DNA of 64,000 nucleotides from an uncultured Actinomycetes bacterium (GTDB lineage: Bacteria > Actinomycetota > Actinomycetes > Streptosporangiales > Streptosporangiaceae): positions 36,312-100,311 of the forward strand of contig CAWBNK010000028.1 in NCBI GenBank assembly GCA_963790065.1, written 5' to 3'. The notes under the pieces were generated by a model. That model was given only the letters and a program-made list of their open reading frames with translations. It was not told where the DNA came from and did no database searches. The position numbers and the translations under genes were made by a program. This document shows, piece by piece, positions 45,525-54,481 of the stretch (position 1 is the stretch's first letter; each line of letters begins with the position of its first letter).

Positions 45525-47243
45525 TTAGTTTCTCGTCTTGCGTGCGCCAGGCCGGCCTGTGGCGTCAGTGTTACCGGCGGGCCTGACCTGGAGTCGATGG
45601 TCTCGCTGCAGTCTCCTGGCTAGGCGGCCGGGGCGCTGAGCGATCTGGCGTCCGGCCGCGCCGCGCGCCAGCTGCTGACCTGCGCCCCGGCCACGCGATA
45701 ACGCGGGCTCGGGTGCCTGCCCGTCGGGATGGCCGTCCTCGGCGACGGCCGCGGCCTCGGCGACCACGTCGATCGCCTGCAGCTCCCGCTCGCTGGCGTC
45801 GATGGCGGACCGCTCGGCGGCCAGGTTGAGGGAGCGTGAAAGCAGCAGGTACACCAGGCCGGAGACCGCCAGGCCGACCAGCCAGGAGTAGTCGACGCCG
45901 TTAGTCACGTGGGCCGGGAAATAGCCGGTGTAGGACAGGCCAGCGATCGGCGGCAGCACCATGAACGGGATCTCGGCGGCGAAGCCGACGAAATAAGCGG
46001 TTAGGCCGCGCCAGCCCCAGGCGCCGTAGACCCCGTCCGGGCGGAAGATGTCGGTGATCGCGTAGTGCCCGCGGCGGACGAAGAAGAAGTCCACCAGGTT
46101 CAGCGCGGTCCACGGCACCAGCAGGTACAGCATCAGCGTCAGCGAGTTGAGGACGGCGGACACGGCGCTGGTGCTCGAGGAGAGGCTGGCCCCGATCACG
46201 TACCACACGATGGCCAGCGCGATGACCGTCACGACGCGCAACATCCGGCTGGTCTTGATCGTCTTGAAGCAGTCGATCCCGGTCAGCACGGTCAGCATTC
46301 CCCCGTAGGCGTTCATGCCCATCGTGGCCAGCAGCGCCGTCGCCGACAGGACCGCCGTGATCGAGCCGAGCGGCGCGACCACGTTATCGCCGACGACCTG
46401 CAGGCCGACCAGGCCGTCGCTGATGTTCAGCCGGGTGGCCAGCCAGGCGCCCAGCGCGATCAGCCAGATCGCCGACGTTGACGCGCCGAAGAACACCGCG
46501 GTGATAATCCCGCGGGCCGGCGTCTTGCGCGGCATGTAACGGGAGTAGTCAGAGACGTACGGCGCGTAGGTGATGTTGTAGGCGGCGGCCACCGAGAACT
46601 GAGCCATGAACGCCGCGAACAGGAAGCCGGAGTGATGGGGTGCGTGCCCGCCGGCGTGCCCGATGAGGATGGCAACCGAGATGATCGCGTAGCACGGGAA
46701 GGAGATGACCAGCAGGAACCGGAAGACCCGGTGCACCCAGTCGTAGCCGAAGATGGCCAGCAGCGCCGCGAGCACCGCGGTGCCGGCCGCCACCAGGTGG
46801 GCGTTCCAGCCGAACGCGCCGTGCAGCCCGGTGCTCATCAGCACCTGGTCGGCGACGTTGAAGGCCATGTAGGTGAACAGCACCGCGAACAGCGCCACCA
46901 CCACGCCGCGATAGCCCATCTGGGCCCGGGTCTGGATCATCTGCGGCAGCCCGAACACCGGGCCCTGGGTGGCGTGGAAGGCCATGAACAGCGTGCCGAA
47001 CCAGATGCCCAGCGCGCCGCCCAGGATCGACCAGCCCAGCGACAAACCCAGCGCCGGGCCGACGAAGCCGATGGGGATCGTGAAGTACTGGAAGTTCCCC
47101 AGGAACCACAACATGGCCTGCTGCCAGGTCTTGCCGTGCCGTTCGGTGTCCGGGATCCAGTCGATCGAGTGCACCTCGATCTGGCCGAGCAGCCCGCGCT
47201 CTTGTTCTTCGTTGACCGTAGGTTCCCGGGCCTGTGTGGCCAT
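45525..47243 (-). CDS. NCS1-family purine/cytosine-type permease
   Basis: ATG at 47243 after [34 protein letters not shown] and 12 TM segments. The last ~70 aa are Arg/Gly-rich and of doubtful reality. Confidence 0.82.
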   Translation of the reverse strand: MATQAREPTVNEEQERGLLGQIEVHSIDWIPDTERHGKTWQQAMLWFLGNFQYFTIPIGFVGPALGLSLGWSILGGALGIWFGTLFMAFHATQGPVFGLPQMIQTRAQMGYRGVVVALFAVLFTYMAFNVADQVLMSTGLHGAFGWNAHLVAAGTAVLAALLAIFGYDWVHRVFRFLLVISFPCYAIISVAILIGHAGGHAPHHSGFLFAAFMAQFSVAAAYNITYAPYVSDYSRYMPRKTPARGIITAVFFGASTSAIWLIALGAWLATRLNISDGLVGLQVVGDNVVAPLGSITAVLSATALLATMGMNAYGGMLTVLTGIDCFKTIKTSRMLRVVTVIALAIVWYVIGASLSSSTSAVSAVLNSLTLMLYLLVPWTALNLVDFFFVRRGHYAITDIFRPDGVYGAWGWRGLTAYFVGFAAEIPFMVLPPIAGLSYTGYFPAHVTNGVDYSWLVGLAVSGLVYLLLSRSLNLAAERSAIDASERELQAIDVVAEAAAVAEDGHPDGQAPEPALSRGRGAGQQLARGAAGRQIAQRPGRLARRLQRDHRLQVRPAGNTDATGRPGARKTRN

Positions 47244-47315
47244 GGCCGCCTCCCTGGTAGATGTGACCTGCCTCACGAGCTATACTCTCTAAGTGTTTCC
47301 TGATAGTCAACCTTT

Positions 47316-47342
47316 GTTTCATAAAAAATCCTGTAGTTTCAT
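47316..47342. promoter_or_regulatory. Direct GTTTCAT repeats in an AT-rich divergent control region
   Basis: GTTTCAT at 47316 and 47336 (20-bp spacing), within the most AT-rich stretch of the window. They lie between the permease operon and the XRE-cupin regulator gene. Confidence 0.45.
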
Positions 47343-47392
47343 GATTGGCAGCGGGCCGCGGGCCCCGCGCCCAGGATCAGGGAGGAGGACTG

Positions 47393-48040
47393 ATGCCCAG
47401 CTCCAGCAGGGGGAACAGCAGTCCGGATGCGGTACCTGACGGCACGCGGATCGGCGCGCAGCTGAAGACGGCCAGGCTCGCCGCCCGCAAGAGCATGGCC
47501 GAGGTGGCCGATCAGGCCGGGCTGACCAAGGGATTCGTGTCCAAGCTTGAGCGGGATCTCGCGAACGTCTCGGTGGCCTCGCTCATCCGGCTCTGCGAGG
47601 CACTGGACATCTCCGTCGGCTCCCTGTTCGAGGCCTCGATCGGGGAGGTAGTCCGGCGCGGTGACCGCTCGCCGATCAATTTCGGCGGCCGGAAGATGGC
47701 GGAGTACCTGCTTACGCCGTCTGGCGAGAAACGAGTGCAAGCCATCCTCAGCGACATCGAGCCGGGCGGCGGCAGCGGGGACGAGCCCTACTCGCTGCCG
47801 GCCGACGTGGAGTTCGTCTTCGTCCTGGCCGGCCAGCTCCAGATCGCCGTCGCCGGAGAGCAGATCACCCTCGAACAGGGCGACGCCTTCACCTTCCCGG
47901 CCAGCACCCAGCACACCTTCCGCGTGGCCCCGCCAGCTGGCCGTGCTCAGGTGCTCTGGGTGTTCTTGCCCGCCCTGCCCGATAGCGGCCCCGACGTACA
48001 GCAGCCCGCCAGCCCGCCGCCGCGCCAAGGAACGGGATGA
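47393..48040 (+). CDS. XRE-family HTH regulator with a C-terminal cupin domain
   Basis: ATG at 47393 after GGAGGAGG. HTH: IGAQLKTARLAARKSMAEVADQAGLTKGFVSKLERD. Cupin: VEFVFVLAGQLQIAVAGEQITLEQGDAFTFPASTQHTF. Confidence 0.85.
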   Translation: MPSSSRGNSSPDAVPDGTRIGAQLKTARLAARKSMAEVADQAGLTKGFVSKLERDLANVSVASLIRLCEALDISVGSLFEASIGEVVRRGDRSPINFGGRKMAEYLLTPSGEKRVQAILSDIEPGGGSGDEPYSLPADVEFVFVLAGQLQIAVAGEQITLEQGDAFTFPASTQHTFRVAPPAGRAQVLWVFLPALPDSGPDVQQPASPPPRQGTG

Positions 48041-48194
48041 TCACGGCGGCGGACATCAACCGCGAAGGCCGGCCAGCCCCGGTTAGCCGCCGGCGCGCCT
48101 GCCGGCGCGCCGTTGCTGGTGGCTTCGGCGAAGATCCAGGACGGGGCCGCCTCGATCGCGTCCTCCTCGGACTGGCGTTCTGCCAGGTACTCGG

Positions 48195-49082
48195 CTAGTC
48201 GAGGAAGTCCCGAAGGGCTTCGATGACCAGGTCCGGTGCTTCCTCGGGCAGGAAGTGACCGGTGGGCAGCGCGGTGCCGCGGGCGGCGGCGGCGTACTCC
48301 TGCCAGACGGCCAGCGGCTGGTAGCCGCGGCCGACGAATCCCTGCGTGCCCCACAGCACCAGGACCGGGCAGCCGATCCGCTGCCCGGCGGCGAAGCTCT
48401 CGTCGTCGTCGGCCAGGTCGGTGCTGGCCGCGGCGCGGTAGTCGGCACAGGAGGCCGCGATCGTACCCGGGTCGCTGAAGCAGCGGATGTAGTCGGCCAG
48501 CACGTCGGGCTCGATGCTGGCGCCCGCGCCGAGCAGCGGGCCGATCAGCGAATTGAGCCAGAAGGCGGGGTCGGCGCCGATCATCTGCTCGGGGATGCCG
48601 TTGGGCGCGGCCAGGAAGAACCAGTGGTAGTAGGCCAGGCCCATCTCCCGGCTCACGTTACGGAAGACATGCCGGGTGGGCACGATGTCCAGCACGGCCA
48701 GCCGCTCGACCGCCTCCGGGTGGTCCAGCGCCAGCCGGTGCGCGACCCGGGCCCCGCGGTCGTGGCCGGCCAGGGCGAACCGCGCGAAGCCGAGCTCACG
48801 CATCAGGCCGACCTGGTCGCGGGCCATGAGGCGCTTGGAGTACACGCGGCCTTCGGCGTCCGGGACGGGCTTGGCCGAGTCGCCGTAGCCGCGCAGGTCG
48901 GCGGCCACCACCGTGTGGTCCCGGGCCAGCGCGGGGGCGACCTGCCGCCACATCAGGTGGTTCTGCGGGTAGCCGTGCAGGAGCAGCAGCGGCGGGCCCG
49001 ATCCCGCGATGGCGCAGTTGATGGCGATGCCGTCCACGTCAACGTGGCGGTAGCCGAAGCCGGGCAGCACGGGCGGGGTCAT
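48195..49082 (-). CDS. Alpha/beta-fold hydrolase (haloacetate-dehalogenase / epoxide-hydrolase-like)
   Basis: 295 aa: PPLLLLHGYPQNHLMWRQVAPAL, nucleophile elbow LAGHDRGARV, ...GHFLPEE. Confidence 0.82.
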   Translation of the reverse strand: MTPPVLPGFGYRHVDVDGIAINCAIAGSGPPLLLLHGYPQNHLMWRQVAPALARDHTVVAADLRGYGDSAKPVPDAEGRVYSKRLMARDQVGLMRELGFARFALAGHDRGARVAHRLALDHPEAVERLAVLDIVPTRHVFRNVSREMGLAYYHWFFLAAPNGIPEQMIGADPAFWLNSLIGPLLGAGASIEPDVLADYIRCFSDPGTIAASCADYRAAASTDLADDDESFAAGQRIGCPVLVLWGTQGFVGRGYQPLAVWQEYAAAARGTALPTGHFLPEEAPDLVIEALRDFLD

Positions 49083-49121
49083 GGCATGGCTCCTGTTCCG
49101 GCGGGTGTTTTACGAGCGCTG

Positions 49122-51993
49122 TTACGACCTGTCTTCCAGGCTGTTTTCCAGGTTGTCTTCCAGGCGGGCGGCCAGCAGCTCGGCCAGGTGGGTGGCGCGG
49201 ACCTGAGCCAGCTGGTCGAGCTGGGTGCGGCAGGAGAACCCGTCGGCCAGCACGGTGGCGCCAGGCGGCGCGGCGCGGACGGCGGGCAGCAGGGCGGTCT
49301 CGGCCACGGCCCGGGACACGTCGTAGTGGCCGCGCTCGACGCCGAAGTTGCCCGCCAGCCCGCAGCAGCCGCCCACCGCGGTGACCTGGGCCCCGGCCCC
49401 GGCCAGCAGCGCGGCGTCGGCCTGCCAGCCCATGACCGCGTGGTGGTGGCAGTGCGGCTGGGCCACCGCGGACAGGCCGGACAGGTCGGGCGCCGACCAT
49501 CGCTCGGTCGCCGTGAGGAGCTCGGCCAGGGTCTTGATGGCCGAACGGACCTGCCAGGCCCGCGGGTCGTCAGGCAGCAGCTCGGCGGCGTCGGCGCGCA
49601 GCACGGCGGTACAGGAGGGTTCCAGCCCGACGATCGGGGTGCCAGCGTCCAGCGCGGGAGCCAGGGCGTTCAGGCTGCGCCGCAGCTGGCGGCGGGCGCC
49701 GTCCAGCTGGCCGGTGGAGATCCAGGTCAGGCCGCAGCAGGTGGGTTGTCCGGTGACCTCGACGGCATAGCCGGCCGCCTCGAGGACCTGGACGGCGGCC
49801 CGGCCGGTTTCGGGGGTGAAGTGGTCGGTGAAGGTGTCGACCCACAGCAGCACGGGGGTCTGGCCCTGGCCTTTCTGGTGCTGGTGCTGGGCGAACCAGT
49901 CGCGGAACGTCTGGGGGGCGAACTCGGGGAGCGGGCGGCGGGGGTCGATGCCGCCGAGTCGTTTGGCCAGGCCGGCCAGGGTTTGCTGGCGCAGCGCGGC
50001 GTTGGCCAGTTTCGGCGCGCGGGCGGCGAGCCGGGCCCAGCGGGGCAGCCAGCCCAGCGAGTAGTGGGCGGGCGGGCGGAGGCGGCGCCGGTACCGCTGG
50101 TAGAGCACCTCGGCCTTGTAGGTAGCCAGGTCCACCCCGGCCGGGCAGTCAGACGAGCAGCCCTTGCAGGACAGGCACAGGTCCAGCGACTCGTCCAGTT
50201 CTGGGGCGCGGAAGCTGCCGACCAGGGTGCCGTTGGCCAGCTCCTGCAGGACGCGGGCGCGGCCGCGGGTGGAATCCTTCTCGTCCCTGGTGGCCAGGTA
50301 GGACGGGCACATGACGCCGCCGGCGGCCGTGGTATCGGCCCGGCACTTGCCCACGCCGGTGCAGCGGTGCACCGCGACGGACAGGTCGCCGCGGTCCTGC
50401 GGGTAGGCGAACCCGAGGCCCTTGGTGATCGGCCGGGCCAGCGGCAGTCGCAGGTCGGCGTCGATGGGGGCCGGGTCGACCAGCACGCCGGGGTTGAGCA
50501 GGTTGCCCGGGTCGAAGATGGCCTTGACCGCGGCCATGACCTCGATAGCCTCGGGTGAGTACATGTAGGGCAGCAGCTCGCCGCGGGCCCGGCCGTCGCC
50601 GTGCTCGCCGGACATCGAGCCGCCGTACTGGCCGGCCAGCTGCGCCGCGGCCAGGGCGAACTCCCGGTACCGGCCGGGCGCGGTGGCCAGCGGGAAGTCG
50701 ATGCGGACGTGCACGCAGCCGTCGCCGAAGTGCCCGTACAGCAGGCCGTCCAGGTCGTGGCCGGCCAGCAGCGCGGTGAATTCTCTTAGGTATGAGCCCA
50801 GGTGGGCGGGCAGGACGGCGGAGTCCTCCCAGCCGGGCCAGGCCGGCGCGCCCGCCGGGGTGCGGCCGCCCAGGCCGGCGCCGTCCTCGCGGATGCGCCA
50901 CAGGGCCCGGGCCGGGGCGCCGGTGACGACGCTGGCGTCGAGGGCGCCGGAGTCCTTGATGAGCCGTTCGGCGGCCGGCCCGGGCCTCGGCCTCGGTGTC
51001 GCCCGCCGTCTCGGCGAAGATCCAGGCCTGGCCGCGCGGCAGGTCCGGGACGGCGGCGGCGCCGCGGCGGTTGCGTACCACGTCGACCAGCCGGGCGTCC
51101 ATCCCCTCCAGCGCCACCGGCCGGTGCGGCAGCAGGCCGGGCACGGCGTCCGCGGCCTCCGGCATGCCGGGGTAGCCGAGGACGGCGAGGGCCACGGCGT
51201 TCGGCGACCGGACCAGGCGCACGGTGGCGGCGGTGACGATGCCCAGGGTGCCTTCGCTGCCGGCCAGGAACCGGGCCAGGTCGGCGCCGTTCTCCGGCAG
51301 CAGGTGCTCCAGGCTGTAGCCGGACACCTGCCGGGTGAACCGGCCGAACTCGGTGCGGATCAGGGCCAGCCTGTCGTTGACCAGGCTGGCCAGGGCGGTG
51401 CCGATCGGCCCTGCTGTGTCTTTGGATGTGTCTTTGACTGTGTCTTTGGCTGTGTCTTTGCGGCTCGCTGGCAGCTGCTCACCGGCGGCGGTCAGCAGGT
51501 CCAGGCTGACTACGTTGTCGGCGGTGCGGCCGTAGCGCAGCGCCCGCGAGCCGCAGGCGTTGTTGCCGATCGAGCCGCCGATGCTGGCCCGGGCGTGCGA
51601 GGAGGGGTCGGGGCCGAACCGCAGCCCGTACTTCGTGGCGGCCGCGGTGATGTCATCCAGGATCGCGCCCGGTTCGGCGGTCGCGGTGCGAGCCTCGGCG
51701 TCGACGGCCAGCACCCGGTTGAGGTGGCGGGAGAAGTCCAGCACGATGCCGGGGCCGACCGAGTTGCCCGCGATGGAGGTGCCGCCGCCCCGGCTGGTGA
51801 CCGGCACTTGGTACTGTCGCGCCACGGCCAGCGCGGCGGCGGCCTCCTCGGCATGCCGGGGGAAGGCCACCACGGCGGGCACGACCCGGTAGTTGGAGGC
51901 GTCGGTGGCGTACTCCGCCCGCCGCCGCGCCGAGTCGTCGGCACTGGTCAGACCGGCGGCGCGCAGCGCGGCGGCCAGCTCCCGCGGCGGCAC
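49122..51993 (-). pseudogene. FAD-binding oxidase fused to an (Fe-S)/CCG-domain protein (GlcD/GlcF-like), interrupted by a 1-nt frameshift near 50975
   Basis: The N-part (GTG 51993) has VTSRGGGTSIAGNSVG and runs to AETAGDTEAEARA. The +1 frame continues AAERLIKDSGALDASVVTGAPARALWRIREDGAGL...GWEDSAV...YGHFGDGCVHVRIDFPL, then CxxCxxC clusters and CCG motifs. The total length fits a ~956-aa single protein. Confidence 0.65.
51415..51462. repeat. 4 x 12-bp tandem repeat inside the FAD-oxidase gene
   Basis: TGTGTCTTTG(GA/AC/GC/CG) x4, encoding KDTAKDTVKDTSKDTA. Confidence 0.9.
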
Positions 51994-52187
51994 CGCGTTC
52001 TGGGCGGCCTCTTGCCGCGCTGCCTCTTTCTGAGCGGCCTCTTCTGAGCGGCCTTTTGCTGTGCAGCCTCCGCCGGTTGTGCCGTCATGATCCCGGATGC
52101 TATCCGGCGGGGGCGGGCAGCCGCGGGATCACGAGGATGCGCGGCGAGCGCTCCGCGGCCTTAAGCCCCAGGACAGGACGGGTGGCT

Positions 52188-52444
52188 TACGGGTGCGGCT
52201 CTTGCGGAGTGACTGCCCGGCGGCCAGGCCCCTGGAACCTCAGTCGTTGCTCCCGCCCCAGCCGCCGCGCTCTCAGCCCCGGGGCCTGTGCCGCTTGCAT
52301 GATCACGGGCAGTTTGAGCTAAATACCGACCAAAACTGCCCGCGATCATGAAGCCAGCCCCTTCCGGGCGTGATCATGAAGGACCGCCGCCGCGGCGCGC
52401 CCTCCGGGCAGGCTCAGCCTCACGCCACAAGAGCCGCACCCGTG
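52188..52444. repeat. MITE-like long palindromic element, copy B
   Basis: Terminal inverted repeats ACGGGTGCGGCTCTTG / CAAGAGCCGCACCCGT. Central hairpin CATGATCACGGGCAGTTTGAGCTAAATACCGACCAAAACTGCCCGCGATCATG. Same orientation and block order as copy A. Confidence 0.8.
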
Positions 52445-52446
52445 GT

Positions 52447-53892
52447 TTACCAGCCTCGGAACTGGCCATTGGCGGTCCAGAAGGCGGCGAGGGCGATCAC
52501 GACGGCCAGCAAGGCCGCAGCGGCCTGCAGCCGGCGGGCGGCCCGGCCTCCGGACCAGTGCAGGCCGGCGGTGACCGCCCGCCGGACCAGCCCGGTGATG
52601 ACATAGGCCGAGCCGGCCAGGGACACGCCCAGCAGGGCGGCGCCCACGGCGGCGACCGCGGCGGTTGCGTAGCGGTGGCCGCCAACGGCGGCGGTCATGA
52701 GGTGGGCCTGCACGCTGGCCGCGCGCCACAGGGAGCGGTCGATCGCGGGCAGGCGCAGCAACATGTATCCGAAGCCGGCCAGCAGCAGCGGGAGGACGCA
52801 CATCACCCAGCCGGTCACCACGATCCGGGCGTGCCGCCGCAGGCCGGCCACGCGCGGGTCCGGGCGCCCCCGGCGGGTGGCCCGGTTTGCGGCCCAGTCT
52901 GCGGCACTGCGCAGGATCGGCACGATGCGGGCGAACAGGTCCGGCACGCCGACCAGGTCGCTGAGGATGAAGTACCCGTCGAAGCGGACGAACGGCAGCA
53001 GCTGTTCCAGCATCTCCAGGTGCGTGACGGCGATGACCAGGAGCAGGATCTCGGACGAGGTGGCCGAGTAGACGGCCGCCAGGGCCAGCATGAAGATCAG
53101 GTTGAAGTACAGGCCGCCGAGGTCGGTGCGCAGCCGGCCAGCCCGGCTGAGCCGGTAGGAGTCGGTGACGTTGGTGAAGAACGCCGGCCACATCACGTAG
53201 ATGCCGACGCCGATCACGCCGGGCCGCGCGCCGCCGTAGCGGCAGCCGGCCGCGTGGCCGCACTCGTGGAACGCAGCGGAGGCCAGGGACAGGCCGATCA
53301 CGACGAGAAAGTCCACCGGGTTGTGCAGGACCTGCCGGATCCCCCCGCCCAGCCCATGCACGGCGAACAGCCAGTAGTCGACGGCCAGGACGCTGGCCAC
53401 CACGGCCACGATGACCGGCCACCGGAACAGCGGCCGCAGCAGCGTCCCGACCGCGTTGGACGCCCGCTCCGTGAGGAGCGTGCCCCGGGCCCGCAGCGCG
53501 AGCAGCGGGTTGGCCGTCGGCAGGCCGGGCTCCGGCAGGCCGGCCGGGACATCCGGCCCGGCCACGACGCCCAGCGGCAGCAGCTTGGTGGTGATGAGGT
53601 AGCGGACCTGGTCGGCGTTCAGCAGCCGGCCGAGGTCGGCGCTGACCTGCTGGGCGATGGCGACCGGGCCGCGGGTGCCGTCGATCCGGCAGGTGACCTG
53701 GTACAGCAGCGCGGACATCTGGATGACCTGGCCGTCGGCCCGGCGGACCAGGGAGGGCGGCTGGCTGTAGCCGGAATCCTGGTACTCGCCGAGCAGCTCG
53801 ACCCCGTCGGCCAGCCGGGGCAGCTCCACAGCAGCAGACGTGTCCGCGGCGGCCGGGAGCCCGCCGGCTTGGGCCTGCACGGTCAGGGTCAT
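52447..53892 (-). CDS. Polytopic membrane metalloprotease, M50/site-2-protease-like (HExxH...DG)
   Basis: 481 aa. A ~150-aa soluble N-domain (PRLADGVELLGEYQDSGYSQPPSLVRRADGQVIQMSALLY) is followed by TM segments carrying AAFHECGHAAG and VRFDGYFILSDL. RBS GAGGAG. Confidence 0.75.
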   Translation of the reverse strand: MTLTVQAQAGGLPAAADTSAAVELPRLADGVELLGEYQDSGYSQPPSLVRRADGQVIQMSALLYQVTCRIDGTRGPVAIAQQVSADLGRLLNADQVRYLITTKLLPLGVVAGPDVPAGLPEPGLPTANPLLALRARGTLLTERASNAVGTLLRPLFRWPVIVAVVASVLAVDYWLFAVHGLGGGIRQVLHNPVDFLVVIGLSLASAAFHECGHAAGCRYGGARPGVIGVGIYVMWPAFFTNVTDSYRLSRAGRLRTDLGGLYFNLIFMLALAAVYSATSSEILLLVIAVTHLEMLEQLLPFVRFDGYFILSDLVGVPDLFARIVPILRSAADWAANRATRRGRPDPRVAGLRRHARIVVTGWVMCVLPLLLAGFGYMLLRLPAIDRSLWRAASVQAHLMTAAVGGHRYATAAVAAVGAALLGVSLAGSAYVITGLVRRAVTAGLHWSGGRAARRLQAAAALLAVVIALAAFWTANGQFRGW

Positions 53893-53962
53893 CGCGGTCT
53901 GCTCCTCATCGCGCGTGTGCTCTGGGAAAGCGGCCCGGCCCGGGTGGGGGTTCCGGGCCGGG

Positions 53963-54004
53963 CAGCAAACGGAGGGGCCGCCCGTCAGGGTGGGCGGCCC
54001 CTCC
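53963..54004 (-). terminator. Strong hairpin between the peptide gene and the protease gene (terminator or attenuator)
   Basis: Minus strand GGAGGGGCCGCCC-ACCCTGA-CGGGCGGCCCCTCC is followed by GTTTGCTG, ~105 nt after the peptide stop and ~70 nt before the protease start. Confidence 0.6.
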
Positions 54005-54110
54005 TTGCCCGCTGCACGTCCCCCTCGGGTTGAAAATGCGCAGCGGACCGGCTGTGCGAACTATCCGATGCCGTGGCCGATGACAGTCATGGCGGACCGG
54101 GTCCGTGGTC

Positions 54111-54284
54111 TTACAGGCAGATGCCGATGTTGACGTTGATGCACACGCTGACGTCGAAGCACGGCGGCGGGCAGCACGGGTGGCACGGCTGGCACGGGGA
54201 GACGCAGAGCGTTTCCCGGCTGGGGAGCAGTTCGGCGCTCTCGAGGTCGAGGTCTTGCATCGTCACGGCGGTAGCGGTGGACAT
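54111..54284 (-). CDS. 57-aa leader plus Cys/Pro-rich core peptide (candidate RiPP/bacteriocin-like precursor)
   Basis: ATG at 54284 lies 5 nt after GAAGGAGG. MSTATAVTMQDLDLESAELLPSRETL-CVSPCQPCHPCCPPPCFDVSVCINVNIGICL. 53 of 57 codons end in G/C, which is native codon bias. The last 31 aa hold 8 Cys. Confidence 0.65.
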   Translation of the reverse strand: MSTATAVTMQDLDLESAELLPSRETLCVSPCQPCHPCCPPPCFDVSVCINVNIGICL

Positions 54285-54403
54285 GGTGCCTCCTTCAGGG
54301 ACGGTCTGCCTCCTGGCCAGGCATCCCGGGTCTGCCTGCGGTTCGGGGGCCGTTCGGGCCTTCGGTACCGCCCGGCATCGCTGTGGCGCCAGGCCACGGT
54401 TCT

Positions 54404-54449
54404 GATGTACGCTAATTGACGTACATCTTGTACGGTCACCACCGTACAA
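54404..54449. promoter_or_regulatory. Operator-like array of four TGTACG/CGTACA hexamers
   Basis: GATGTACG-N8-CGTACATC at 54404-54427 is immediately followed by TTGTACGG-N6-CCGTACAA at 54428-54449. The array lies in the divergent spacer between the peptide gene and the XRE gene. Confidence 0.55.
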
Positions 54450-54481
54450 CAAAACCGGGATTCAGTCAACGTTGAGGAACC

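Noticed and set aside
48255-50558. 767-aa plus-strand ORF, plus similar ORFs 50683..52047 and 52348..54033
   Set aside because: They are antisense to the hydrolase, FAD-oxidase and M50-protease genes, and their translations are low-complexity. They are shadow ORFs.
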